A stretch of 64,000 nt of DNA from Minisyncoccota bacterium (GCA_041660505.1 JBAZWG010000001.1:243979-307978), one strand, 5' to 3'; positions 48,344 to 58,416 are shown, counted from the first letter of the stretch. Notes: generated by a model from the sequence alone, not told the origin. Made by a program: numbers and translations.

Positions 48344-49819
48344 ATGAAAATAGTAAAAACTGAAACACTTATCATTGGTGCCGGACCTGCGGGGCTCGCG
48401 ACCGCCATGGAACTCTCAAAGGCAGGCAAAGAATTTATTCTTATCGAACGGCAAGCTTCTGTCGGCGGACTTTCCAAGACATATACATTCACCGAAAGTG
48501 ATGGTCTGACGTTTTATACCGATAATGGACCTCATCGCTTTTTTTCGAAAAACCCACATTTATACAAGTTTATTGAAGACATTTTGCATGAAAAATGGAT
48601 TAAGGTGAGGCGCCAGACGAGGCAGTTCATTGACGGAAAGTTTTACGATTATCCCGTGAATGCTCCGCAAGCTTTACGCAACCTTGGTACATCAAAAGCA
48701 ATCCGCATGGGTATCGACTATGCAATCGCGAAGCTACACTATGGATTGTTCAGAAAAAAAATAGCAAGTTTTGAAGATTATGTCGTCGCGAACTTTGGAC
48801 GATCGCTTGGAGAGTTTAGTATGATCAATTACACAGAAAAGATCTGGGGAATTTCAGCAAAGGACATCCACCCGGATTGGGCGGCACAACGCATAAAAGG
48901 ACTAAGCTTTATTTCATTATTGAAAGAAGCTGGAGCAAAACTTTTTGTGGCGGGTGGGGGCCGAAAGAAACCGAAATCTTTGATAGACACGTTTTACTAT
49001 CCTGCGCAAGGAACGGGTCTCATTTATGAAACGATCAAAACGCGTCTTCTTGAAAAAGGATACCGCGTGTTACTTAACACTGCGCCAAAAACATTCCAGC
49101 ACGCAAACGGAACTATATACTCGGTCGTCGTAGATTCTCCGGAAGGCGAGCTACTTTTTGAATGCAAACAGGTAGTAGAGTCGATTCCGATGACTGAATT
49201 CGTAAAAATGCTCCGGCCGCTGCCACCCAAACCCATACTTGAGTCATTAGCAAAACTACGCCACCGCAGCCAGGTGTATCTTTTCGTCACACTGAATAAG
49301 GAGTCCGTCACCCCCGATCAGTGGATTTACTTTCCTTCAAAGCACGTACCCATAGGACGGGTTAGTGAAATGAAAAATTTCAGTAGCCACATGAGTCCTC
49401 CGGGAAAGACCTCACTTTTCATTGAGTATTTCTGTTTTGAGGGAGACGAAGTGTGGAACATGAACGCGGAGCAGCTTTTTGCGTACACCTTGCCATATAT
49501 TCTCGAGGCTGGTCTATTTACAGCAGCTGAAGTACGAAACTATTACATGATCAAACAAAAGAATGTGTATCCGATTTATGATCTACACTACAAGGAATAT
49601 TTATCAGTAGTCAAGAACTATTTGGACACATTTACAAACCTGTTTTACATTGGGCGCCCGGGAAGATTCCGCTATAACAACCAGGATCATTCGCTCGAGA
49701 TGGGAATGTTAGCCGCGAAGAGCATTATCGACGGCACACACTACGATATCGAATCCGTGGGCGAGGAAAAAGAATATTTTGAAAAGGGCACGGTACCCTC
49801 GGGTACAACAGGCGCATAA
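48344..49819 (+). CDS. FAD-dependent oxidoreductase (UDP-galactopyranose-mutase/amine-oxidase-like)
   Basis: ILIIGAGPAGLATAMELSKAG dinucleotide-binding start. Paralog of the gene at 51194-52657. Confidence 0.6.
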   Translation: MKIVKTETLIIGAGPAGLATAMELSKAGKEFILIERQASVGGLSKTYTFTESDGLTFYTDNGPHRFFSKNPHLYKFIEDILHEKWIKVRRQTRQFIDGKFYDYPVNAPQALRNLGTSKAIRMGIDYAIAKLHYGLFRKKIASFEDYVVANFGRSLGEFSMINYTEKIWGISAKDIHPDWAAQRIKGLSFISLLKEAGAKLFVAGGGRKKPKSLIDTFYYPAQGTGLIYETIKTRLLEKGYRVLLNTAPKTFQHANGTIYSVVVDSPEGELLFECKQVVESIPMTEFVKMLRPLPPKPILESLAKLRHRSQVYLFVTLNKESVTPDQWIYFPSKHVPIGRVSEMKNFSSHMSPPGKTSLFIEYFCFEGDEVWNMNAEQLFAYTLPYILEAGLFTAAEVRNYYMIKQKNVYPIYDLHYKEYLSVVKNYLDTFTNLFYIGRPGRFRYNNQDHSLEMGMLAAKSIIDGTHYDIESVGEEKEYFEKGTVPSGTTGA

Positions 49820-49847
49820 CGGCTATCTTTTTTACATCGATTGCCGG

Positions 49848-51185
49848 TCATGACTGTCTGGTGTCGACGGGTCTAGTTTTGGGCGTCTTTTTCATATACT
49901 CACAAAAGTATACGAAGAGTATGACAATAAATGGTAGCGCAGGCAATCGATATTTCGGATTACTGCTCGGTCCGGGAGTAATGGTAAAATACAGCACGCA
50001 AAACGCAAAGAGCAGTAATGTGTAATAGAGGTCTTTATTTTTCCGCACCTTCCACAACAATGACCCGATGGCCAGGTACACGAATACAAAAACGAACTGG
50101 GTCGCATACTTCAAAAATTCACTCCACGGATCTTTGGTCTCGGGATTGTAGGGAAAAGGGATGATCTTTGCGTGGTCAAGGTAATATATTGCGGACAGGT
50201 CATTTGCTACCAGGTTGCGTATGAAACCGACGAAATGCTCGCCGGCATACCCGATGGGGTTGTGGCTTATTCGTTGTAGGACCACGTGCATATATTGTGA
50301 TGAATACGATAGATTTCTTTCAGGCTCTCTGACTTGTGACGGGGCTATCGGTTGTGATTCATCGGCGAATATAAAATCGTGAGTGTGGTACGCGTAAAAA
50401 TTATACGCGGTGATTGAGGATAATTCGGCGACTCCAAAAACAATTTTATTTCTAATGACCCACGGCACGAGCACAAGGGACGACAACGCAATAAACAACA
50501 ACGCATGTCTGACGGCAGTTGCGATTTTCAGTTTGCGATAACACATGCACCCAATCCATAGTGCAAGAAGCGGGATGAGATACGTGCCGACCGGCTTAGC
50601 CAAGATACTTAAACCGAGCGCAACAGCCGAGAGAACGAGGTCTGTCGTTTTTTCGGTACGACTGAATCGTACGAGTCTGTATATCACATAGACAAACAGA
50701 AAGACGAAGAGCGCATCTGGTTCGAGTAGATTAGTTTGATATGCCAAAAGCGGCCAAATAACGATCAGCAGACCAGCAATAAAACTCGCATTTTTCGAGA
50801 GAAATAATTGAGCAAGTCGATAGACGTAGATACCGATTCCCGAAAGGAACACGTCTAAAACTAAAACGGCTATCCAGATTCCGGATATTCCAAAAAAGTA
50901 AACAGCGGGGGCAAGAAGAAGCGGAAATAAGGGCGTGCGGAAACTATCCGGCTGGAACGGCGGATCAGGAAATCGAGAGTAGACGCCGTGGTGTACCAAA
51001 TTTCGCGCATCGAGAAGGTAATTTTGGAGATCATTACCGGTTATGGAGATACCATTGTTCGCAGCATAGAAAGCGCCGGCGCCATAAAAAAAAAGGAGGA
51101 GAAAAAATGCCGACAAGCGGGCGAGCAGACCAAGCCCAAACAATAGTCGTTCATTATAGCTATCTTGTGCAGCTTCAGGCTTCAT
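49848..51185 (-). CDS. polytopic membrane protein (GT-C/PMT-like)
   Basis: 445 aa, with more than 10 predicted TM helices. Confidence 0.45.
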   Translation of the reverse strand: MKPEAAQDSYNERLLFGLGLLARLSAFFLLLFFYGAGAFYAANNGISITGNDLQNYLLDARNLVHHGVYSRFPDPPFQPDSFRTPLFPLLLAPAVYFFGISGIWIAVLVLDVFLSGIGIYVYRLAQLFLSKNASFIAGLLIVIWPLLAYQTNLLEPDALFVFLFVYVIYRLVRFSRTEKTTDLVLSAVALGLSILAKPVGTYLIPLLALWIGCMCYRKLKIATAVRHALLFIALSSLVLVPWVIRNKIVFGVAELSSITAYNFYAYHTHDFIFADESQPIAPSQVREPERNLSYSSQYMHVVLQRISHNPIGYAGEHFVGFIRNLVANDLSAIYYLDHAKIIPFPYNPETKDPWSEFLKYATQFVFVFVYLAIGSLLWKVRKNKDLYYTLLLFAFCVLYFTITPGPSSNPKYRLPALPFIVILFVYFCEYMKKTPKTRPVDTRQS

Positions 51186-51193
51186 CGCTTCCT

Positions 51194-52657
51194 TTAAAAC
51201 CTAGGAATGTTATACGGCCATTTTTTTTGCTCCTCTTCATGATACTCTGCGTCCGAGTTTACATTAAACACGTCGTACTTGCGTTCGCCGGCCATAATAT
51301 TCTTGACCGCAAGAAATGCCGTCACCATAGAGTGGTCGCTGTTATTGTACTTATGAATGCCTCCTCGGCCAATCGGGTGCAAGTTGCTTATGCTGTCTAC
51401 CTCTGCACGAATACGCGATATCTTTTCTTGATATTCGAGGTCGTAGACAGGGTACACGTTCTTCATGCGTATAACCGAGGCATCAAGAATTTTATCCCGC
51501 GTGACAAAACCTAACCTTAAAAAGTCACTGATACCCTGTTTTTTCAACTCCTCATCAGTCATGCCCCAGAGCAGATCGCTGGTAATCGCGTTACATGTAT
51601 ACTCAAGTCCAATAACCGTTTTACTGCTGTCGGGGACCATGAATGGACTCCAATTTTTATAGTTTTGAAAGCGTATAGGCTTCATACCCTCGTCATGCGT
51701 ATAGATCCAGTTGTCAGGACAAATATTTGGCTCATTTACGATGATGCCAACAGTGATGAAATCGCGCATTTTTAGCTTTTGCGCAGCTTCCAAAACTCCG
51801 TTTGACAGCGGTGGTGCGATTTGAATGGCGAGCTCTCTAAACGGCATCGTCGATACAAATTGATCGCCTCGTATCTGCTCCTTGACTCCGTTCCGCAGAA
51901 CTTCTACATATTCAACGCGACCGTGCACAATATGAATATCTGTCACCTTATTGCCCAACTGTATTGTACCTCCTTTTTCTCGTATCACCTTCGCCACCTT
52001 CTCCCACATTTGGCCGGGACCTAATTTTGGATAGTTAAAGGTATCAATAAAGCTTTTGACACCACTTCCGCTACTGAACTTTTTCTTGAGCGGATCAATC
52101 AGCGTGTTCCATACCGACACCCCTTTTATGCGCTGTGTCGCAAAATCGGTGGCAAGCTGGTCGCACGGTATTCCCCATAACTTTTCGTTATAGTCGATGA
52201 AAAAAGGTTTTGCCAAAAAGTCGCCGAAGTTATTTTGGAACCATGCCTTCATGTTGGTCACCGGTTTGATAGGGAAAAATCTGCGGTACGTATATGACCC
52301 GACAAATCGAAGAGCAAACACCGGCCCAAACTTCCACGATATCTCAAAAGGTTTAATGGGATATGAAAAAAATTTCTTTTTATAAAACCAGCGGGAACTC
52401 CGCGGCCGTTGCAAGAAGTCGTTTCCCAAAATAGCATGCCACCATTGCATTACTTCTTGATTTTTCGAAAAAAATCGGTGCCCGCCTATATCGAAGCGAT
52501 ACCCTTTGTAATTCACTGTTCGAGAGATTCCTCCTACGTAAGTAGGATCTTCTTCGAGAATCAACACCTCTTGTCCGTGACGAAGAAGTTCGAGCCCCGC
52601 AGTCAAACCTGCCGGGCCGGCACCGATAATTATTACTTTCTGTTTTTTTTCAATCAT
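51194..52657 (-). CDS. FAD-dependent oxidoreductase (paralog of the gene at 48344-49819)
   Basis: The start is set at MIEKKQKVIIIGAGPAGLTAG. Has a matching HRFFSKN motif and the same C-terminal layout as the paralog. Confidence 0.6.
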   Translation of the reverse strand: MIEKKQKVIIIGAGPAGLTAGLELLRHGQEVLILEEDPTYVGGISRTVNYKGYRFDIGGHRFFSKNQEVMQWWHAILGNDFLQRPRSSRWFYKKKFFSYPIKPFEISWKFGPVFALRFVGSYTYRRFFPIKPVTNMKAWFQNNFGDFLAKPFFIDYNEKLWGIPCDQLATDFATQRIKGVSVWNTLIDPLKKKFSSGSGVKSFIDTFNYPKLGPGQMWEKVAKVIREKGGTIQLGNKVTDIHIVHGRVEYVEVLRNGVKEQIRGDQFVSTMPFRELAIQIAPPLSNGVLEAAQKLKMRDFITVGIIVNEPNICPDNWIYTHDEGMKPIRFQNYKNWSPFMVPDSSKTVIGLEYTCNAITSDLLWGMTDEELKKQGISDFLRLGFVTRDKILDASVIRMKNVYPVYDLEYQEKISRIRAEVDSISNLHPIGRGGIHKYNNSDHSMVTAFLAVKNIMAGERKYDVFNVNSDAEYHEEEQKKWPYNIPRF

Positions 52658-53715
52658 TGTGACAATAATGCACGATACTGCTCTAAATATTCTGTCGTAG
52701 AAATCATCGAGGGAAGTTTCGGTACGGCAGGATTGTGAAGCAACTGTAGGATACCGGACGCAACCGTCTTTGTATCCCATCCTACTACAACTGCGCTGAC
52801 TTCGCGAGCGACTCCAACATCAGTTGAGATTATGGGCGTACCGCAGGCGGCCGCTTCTACTAGCGTCATGCCGTATCCTTCATACCAAGACGTGTTCAGG
52901 AAAATATCGGCTGTTTTGTAGTAGCTGGCCAAGTCGTTGGTCCAGGGCTCGAATAGAACAGTAGTGAGTAGTGAGCAGTGAGCAGTGAGCATTTTTAAGT
53001 TTTCAAACTCGGGGCCGGAGCCGACGATAATCAAACCGACTTTGGGATTTTGCTTGCTCACTTCTTTCATTGATTCTATGGCGAGGCTGATGTTTTTCTC
53101 CTTGGTCAAGCGCGAGGCCATCAGGATTATTTTCTCGAACTGCGGATATTTTTTATGCAAATCTGCATTTATTGGCGCGTTTTTTAACTTGTCTGTGTCG
53201 ACATATATCGGGAGAACGTGAATTGGCGGCAGTGAGCAGTGAGTAGTGAGCAGTGAGGTTTCTATTCTTTCCGATACAACGCGTATTGAGTCGGCTTTGG
53301 GCAGCAAAAATTTGGCTATTTTTACTCGTATCCAGTTTAAAAAAGAATTTTTTGTAAAATAAGGTGAGAGAAAGTCAGTGTGAATTTGCAAGTTCAATTT
53401 CACGCCGAGTTTTTTTGCTATGCGCCAACCGATGAAACCGATTTCGAATGGGTCCTGGGCGGTGATTACGTCTGGTTTTATTTCTGGAGTCCAAATAAAT
53501 GCGCGCAAGAATGAAATTGTATGAATCGTTAATTTTTCATTCACTTTCAACTTTAAACTTTCCTGCCTGCCGGCAGGCATGGCAACTTTAAACCTCTTAA
53601 CCACGAGCAGAATATCGAGCTGTCCAAATACACTCGCGTATTCAAGCATTCGCCTACGAGCATCACTTCCCTCCTCCAATATCTTCCGGTCGGTTGAGAG
53701 CATTAAGACCCGCAT
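52654..53715 (-). CDS. glycosyltransferase family 4 containing two heptanucleotide repeat tracts
   Basis: GT4 motifs LNTSWYEGYGMTLVEAAACGTPIISTD. The start is set at the MRVLMLSTD Met. It contains the (Y)AGTGAG x4 tracts at 52959-52991 and 53230-53257. Confidence 0.65.
   Translation of the reverse strand: MRVLMLSTDRKILEEGSDARRRMLEYASVFGQLDILLVVKRFKVAMPAGRQESLKLKVNEKLTIHTISFLRAFIWTPEIKPDVITAQDPFEIGFIGWRIAKKLGVKLNLQIHTDFLSPYFTKNSFLNWIRVKIAKFLLPKADSIRVVSERIETSLLTTHCSLPPIHVLPIYVDTDKLKNAPINADLHKKYPQFEKIILMASRLTKEKNISLAIESMKEVSKQNPKVGLIIVGSGPEFENLKMLTAHCSLLTTVLFEPWTNDLASYYKTADIFLNTSWYEGYGMTLVEAAACGTPIISTDVGVAREVSAVVVGWDTKTVASGILQLLHNPAVPKLPSMISTTEYLEQYRALLSQ
52959..52991 (+). repeat. tandem heptanucleotide repeat tract (TAGTGAG/CAGTGAG x4)
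   Basis: cag-tagtgag-tagtgag-cagtgag-cagtgag-ca, inside the GT4 gene. Confidence 0.85.
53230..53257 (+). repeat. tandem heptanucleotide repeat tract (CAGTGAG/TAGTGAG x4)
   Basis: cagtgag-cagtgag-tagtgag-cagtgag. It lies about 240 bp from the first tract, in the same gene and orientation. Confidence 0.85.
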
Positions 53716-55202
53716 ACCTCGGAAATTATTTCTAAATTCTTTTGTATCACATTCTCCCAAGTCTGCGAGTACGAAAGCTCTTTTACCCAATTTTGTGCTT
53801 GTTTATAGCCATTTTCTGACAGCAAGAAATTCAGCTTCTCTATGAATTCTCTTTCATTGCGCGGGTTGAAGAGCATATTTTCCGGCAGTGCGAACGGCAT
53901 GCCGTTCTCGCGGCTCATAAGTGTCGGCTTGCCGAAGGCGAAACCTTCCAGCACATAGTTCGGGTTAAATTCGGTCAGCGCCGGCGCAATTGTCAGCATG
54001 CACTTTTTTAAATATTCGTCTTTTTTTTCTCGAGACACAGTGCCCACCGCCTTAACGTTTCCGATAGCGATTTTAATTTCTTGCGGACCACTTCCCAAGA
54101 TGTACAACGTTGCATCGATATCAGAAAAAGCCTTGATTACGAATCCAAGATTTTTATACTCGACGAGCCTGCTCGCGAATATTACTGAACGTTCAGAATA
54201 TTGTATTGGAGAAATTTTTGTCGGAAGTGGGTTAGGAATCAAAATAATTTTTTTTGCAGGTATAGAGTAGTATTTCTCGCACACTTTCGCAAGCAACTGG
54301 CTGGGAACAATTACTTTTTTCGCATGTTGCAGTACGGACTTCGTTATGTTATAAAAACGAAAATTTGAATATTTTTCTGTTTCGTAAAATGTAATGCAGG
54401 ATTTGCTGATTAGCCCCTTTTCTGCACCTCGCTCCCAAACTATGTCGCCGCCCACGCGAATTATATATGGCTTGCGCAAAAGTCTGGCGACGTAGGCGGC
54501 TACTCCGGAAGAAACCGGATCCATCACATATATAATATTCGCGCCGATAGATTGCCGTGCAACAAAGAACGCAAAGACTAGATGCCGAAGCCCTGCCGGC
54601 AACCGAAGTAATTTAGAAAATATAACCAGCCGGACCTCGTGACCAACCCTCGTAAATTCTTGAACATATTTCTCGGCATGAGTTGACGGACCGCCAGCGT
54701 CTGGCGGGTATGATGGCGTGGCTATCACTATTACATATTTCCCAGCCGGATGAATATGTTTGAAAATGAAAAATTTGTTTATAGAATAGGTTACAACCGC
54801 AGTGGCCAGACCGATGATGATTTGTGATATAAGATAGTTTATATGTAGAAATTCGACGAAAACATACAGCGCGTAGGTATTGATCGCTAGGTTTATGAGA
54901 GCGACAGAAAAGTAGATAATGAGCTCGCGATGCGCGCCTTTGAGTGTGCGCTTACCGAATGTCCAAAACTTCTGCAGGAAGAAGCTTATCCAGAATGCGA
55001 TAATCCAAGCGATTATCGATGAGTATATATAATGTATGCCGAGAAAGTGGGTGAAGGCGAAAAGGAGCGCAATATCAGTCCAAGCCGACGTGCCACCAGC
55101 TATAATATACTTGATTACACGGCGGTGGGCGCGAGTATATTTATCTATTCTCGGGAATGTCTCCTCGAACAGACTTTTTAAACTTTCGTAATGTCTAAGC
55201 AT
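53703..55202 (-). CDS. GtrA-like membrane domain fused to a GT4 glycosyltransferase
   Basis: N-terminal 4-TM GtrA-like region (IIAGGTSAWTDIALLFAF...KFWTF). C-terminal GT4 fold. Confidence 0.6.
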   Translation of the reverse strand: MLRHYESLKSLFEETFPRIDKYTRAHRRVIKYIIAGGTSAWTDIALLFAFTHFLGIHYIYSSIIAWIIAFWISFFLQKFWTFGKRTLKGAHRELIIYFSVALINLAINTYALYVFVEFLHINYLISQIIIGLATAVVTYSINKFFIFKHIHPAGKYVIVIATPSYPPDAGGPSTHAEKYVQEFTRVGHEVRLVIFSKLLRLPAGLRHLVFAFFVARQSIGANIIYVMDPVSSGVAAYVARLLRKPYIIRVGGDIVWERGAEKGLISKSCITFYETEKYSNFRFYNITKSVLQHAKKVIVPSQLLAKVCEKYYSIPAKKIILIPNPLPTKISPIQYSERSVIFASRLVEYKNLGFVIKAFSDIDATLYILGSGPQEIKIAIGNVKAVGTVSREKKDEYLKKCMLTIAPALTEFNPNYVLEGFAFGKPTLMSRENGMPFALPENMLFNPRNEREFIEKLNFLLSENGYKQAQNWVKELSYSQTWENVIQKNLEIISEVCGS

Positions 55203-56307
55203 GAAGAGATTCGAACAAATTGCGCATACGCATCCCTACAGACTGCCACGAATAGCCTGATTTGACCAGCTCATAACCGCCTTTACTCACATGTTCATAC
55301 AGTGCAGGATTTTGAACCAAACGTGTGACTGCTTGGGCAAAATTTTCTGGACTTTCCGGCTCGCAGAAAATACCCGTCTCGCCGTCCTTAAGAAAATCCG
55401 GGATACCGCCAACAGGTGTGCCTATAATAGGCACACCTTGTGCCATCGCCTCAAGGAATGAACTACCGAGCCCTTCTGTGCGGGACGGCCGTACGAAAAT
55501 GTCACCTTGTTTAAGATATTCTATCGCCTGCTCATACGGTACTGCTTGATCTAACGTGACTCGTCCCGCCACATCAAGCTCTTTCGCAAGTTTAATTAGA
55601 TTCTCTCGTTCAGCCCCATCGCCAACATTCTTAAATATAATATTCTCCGGCAACACTTTAAGCGCGCGTATCACGATATCAAATCCATTCTTCTTCTCGA
55701 GTCTCGAATTGGAAATCAGAATTATCTCCTGTGGAGGTCCGACCTCCGAAAAATTCGGAGGTCGGACCTCCACAGGGACTTCAACCCCATTCGGCACCAC
55801 TATCGGCATCCCGCGGAAACCCATCTGCTTGCCGAAGCTCGCTAGATAATTTGATATCGCCTGAATAGCGTCGGCTTTTTCAAAAAGCAGACGGAAGAGC
55901 GGGCGCAGAATTCCTACACGCTTCATGATGTGTTCTATCGGATCGCCCTCCTGAAGCGTGAGTAAAAGTGGCGTACGCGAGAAAAATATTTTGTACAAAA
56001 GCGCAATCCCGCCAGAGTATCCGGCCATAATAGACCAGGAAAAATCATAAGGCTGTTTGAATGTAAGTCTTACTGCTTTTAGAAATCCTCCGACAATATA
56101 GCCATATTTTGTCGGCCAGGCGATTCTGTATATCGTTATATTATTTTTGGTCTCGATACTTTGCCACTCTGTATTAAATTTCCAAGTTATCACGTCGAAG
56201 TGAATGTCGGGATTGAGCTCCATGATTTTGCGCGGCGCAATCTCCCCTCCGCTTTCGAACGGATAAAATGCCAGGGAGAATATTATTACTCTTTTCTCTG
56301 AATTCAC
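55195..56307 (-). CDS. glycosyltransferase family 4
   Basis: GT4 C-terminal motif RPSRTEGLGSSFLEAMAQGVPIIGTPVGGIPDF. Confidence 0.75.
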   Translation of the reverse strand: MNSEKRVIIFSLAFYPFESGGEIAPRKIMELNPDIHFDVITWKFNTEWQSIETKNNITIYRIAWPTKYGYIVGGFLKAVRLTFKQPYDFSWSIMAGYSGGIALLYKIFFSRTPLLLTLQEGDPIEHIMKRVGILRPLFRLLFEKADAIQAISNYLASFGKQMGFRGMPIVVPNGVEVPVEVRPPNFSEVGPPQEIILISNSRLEKKNGFDIVIRALKVLPENIIFKNVGDGAERENLIKLAKELDVAGRVTLDQAVPYEQAIEYLKQGDIFVRPSRTEGLGSSFLEAMAQGVPIIGTPVGGIPDFLKDGETGIFCEPESPENFAQAVTRLVQNPALYEHVSKGGYELVKSGYSWQSVGMRMRNLFESLHA

Positions 56308-58370
56308 GGTCTTTTGGTATTCCCGAATCGCTGCCGTTTATCATCTTCGGTCACTTGGACCGTGCGGCGGAGGACATCCTCGGGTATCTCTTTTATAACC
56401 TGTTGGAGGGGTGCATTGGTTACTTGCTGTTTTGCCGGTTCTGGGGCTTGAATTATGACTTTTGGCGGTGTAGGTGGCGGAGGCGTGGGTATAACAGGTT
56501 GCGAGATAACAGGCTTGGGCACGAAAGGCGGAGTAACTGGTTTCGGTGGCATCGGCGTCGGAAGCGGTGTTACAACAGTGCGCTTAAGAACATCTTTTTC
56601 TAAAACGTTTTTGATCGTTTTCTGTAGTTCGCTCAAATTGCTCTCGCCTTTTTCTTCAAGCTTTTTTAATACCATCGGCTTGCTGGCCTCGGGAATTTTC
56701 GGTTCATCGGGTTCGACTTCCAGCCTTAGAGCGCTCGCCAGATCACTGCTTGCCCCGGCCTTCTGAATTTTCTTTTTTATTTCTTTTATACTGTCGAACT
56801 GCGTGCTCGCCCGCGCCATACGTTGCATGAGAGAGTCAGCCGGCCGTGGTATCGACTTGTTTGCTGACGACGCAGTAGAATATGCTTGCCTCTGACCGGG
56901 TTCAGCTTCAAACTCAATACCCAAGCTTGCTAGCCCAGAGATGCCATGATTGGTGGCAAGACTAGATGATATTGGTACTGTCTGATTTGTGGCGGGTTTG
57001 GACGATTCCGTGGGGTTCGTCGGCCGAACAGACGCGGGTGTGTCTGTTTTAGGCGCCGGTTCTGCTCCGGCGGGCATCATTCCACTCCAGTCATTAATCT
57101 CTCGTTCAACCACTTCTCGCGATCGGCAGTAGCGTTTGTGCGAAGCGTCGATAATCTCATCCGCCGTACAGACCTCACCTTCAGCCTTCGCCGGGGGCAA
57201 AGTGTAGGCAGAGAATGGCCGGCTGGTAACGCCGTCTATCATGAGGCGAGTGTAAATTTGGTAGTTCGGCAAGTTAACCATGTCGGGCGCGAGGAAGTCG
57301 GGGGTGAGTTCTTTCTCGAGGAACTCTGCGTCATCGGCACCGACGCGGAATATCACCATTGTACCGGCATTACCAAATACCGCATCGCGCACCTTGGTCG
57401 AGTTATCTTCGGCTAATTGCCCGATATATTGATGCGCGATAATAAGGTCGAGACGATATTTGCGCGCCTCGGAGAGAATATCGGCAAACGAGTCGGTCGC
57501 GAAATTCTGGAACTCATCTACATACAGATAGAAGTCTTCGCGATCTTTCTCTGGTATGCGCACGCGTTCCATTGCGGATAGTTGGATCTTGGTGATAAAC
57601 ATTGAACCAAGAAGGTCGGAGTTATCTTCGCCAATGCGCCCCTTCGATACGTTAAGCAAGATTATCTTGCGCTCATTCATCATGTCGTAGAGGTTGATAG
57701 TGCTCTTCTTCTGGCCGACTATATTTCTGACGAGAGAAGTAGACAAGAATTGCCCGACTTTATTCTGAATTGGCGCAATCGCCTCACTGCGGAACTTCTC
57801 TTGCCAGTTCTCGTATTCGTTAATCCAGAATGTCAGCACCACCGGGTCTTTAATATTCGCCACAATCCTCTGACGATAATTTTTGTCTACCAAAAGTCGC
57901 GGAATGCCGAGTAGCGTCGAACCCGGCGTATCGAGAAGCGCCAAGACGCAGTTGTTCATTATATATTCCATTCTCGCCGACCAGACGTTAGCCCAGATCT
58001 TCGTGAAGATTCCCATAAGACCTGATGCGATTAAATGTTTCTTCTCCGGATCGTCGAGCTCGAGCACGTTGAAGCCGGTGTGGAAGGCCGGATCGGCCGG
58101 ATTAATGTAGACAACATCATTCAAGCGATGTTTGGGAATTTGGGCGAGCAAGCCCTCCACGAATTCTCCGTGCGGGTCGACGACGCAAAGCCCCGCGCCA
58201 TTGCGAATGTCTTGGACGGCCAAATTATTTAAAAGCACCGTCTTGCCGGTACCCGACTTGCCGATAATATAAAAATGCTGTCGGCGGTCTTTGTGTTTAA
58301 TACCGAAACGCACGCGCTTGTCGCGATGATTAGTCTCGGCGAAATAGGTTACTCGATTGTCCTCTAGCAT
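56304..58370 (-). CDS. soluble VirD4/TrwB/TraD-like (type IV coupling protein-like) P-loop ATPase with a Pro-rich C-terminal tail
   Basis: Walker A HFYIIGKSGTGKTVLL followed by VVDPHGEF (compare TrwB GATGTGKS...VDPNGD). Walker B FYLYVDEFQNF and a downstream AHQ motif. No N-terminal TM segment. The start is set at ATG 58370, and the listed ORF starts at GTG 58430 inside the palindrome. Confidence 0.6.
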   Translation of the reverse strand: MLEDNRVTYFAETNHRDKRVRFGIKHKDRRQHFYIIGKSGTGKTVLLNNLAVQDIRNGAGLCVVDPHGEFVEGLLAQIPKHRLNDVVYINPADPAFHTGFNVLELDDPEKKHLIASGLMGIFTKIWANVWSARMEYIMNNCVLALLDTPGSTLLGIPRLLVDKNYRQRIVANIKDPVVLTFWINEYENWQEKFRSEAIAPIQNKVGQFLSTSLVRNIVGQKKSTINLYDMMNERKIILLNVSKGRIGEDNSDLLGSMFITKIQLSAMERVRIPEKDREDFYLYVDEFQNFATDSFADILSEARKYRLDLIIAHQYIGQLAEDNSTKVRDAVFGNAGTMVIFRVGADDAEFLEKELTPDFLAPDMVNLPNYQIYTRLMIDGVTSRPFSAYTLPPAKAEGEVCTADEIIDASHKRYCRSREVVEREINDWSGMMPAGAEPAPKTDTPASVRPTNPTESSKPATNQTVPISSSLATNHGISGLASLGIEFEAEPGQRQAYSTASSANKSIPRPADSLMQRMARASTQFDSIKEIKKKIQKAGASSDLASALRLEVEPDEPKIPEASKPMVLKKLEEKGESNLSELQKTIKNVLEKDVLKRTVVTPLPTPMPPKPVTPPFVPKPVISQPVIPTPPPPTPPKVIIQAPEPAKQQVTNAPLQQVIKEIPEDVLRRTVQVTEDDKRQRFGNTKRP

Positions 58371-58416
58371 GAGTATAATTCTAGCATAAAATCGTGAATG
58401 CTTGTATAATATTGCC

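Noticed and set aside
52959-53257. Heptamer tracts as a mini-CRISPR or a REP-type intergenic element
   Set aside because: Both tracts are intragenic and in frame. Each has only four units of 7 nt with no spacers. This is more consistent with simple-sequence repeats than with a CRISPR or REP element.
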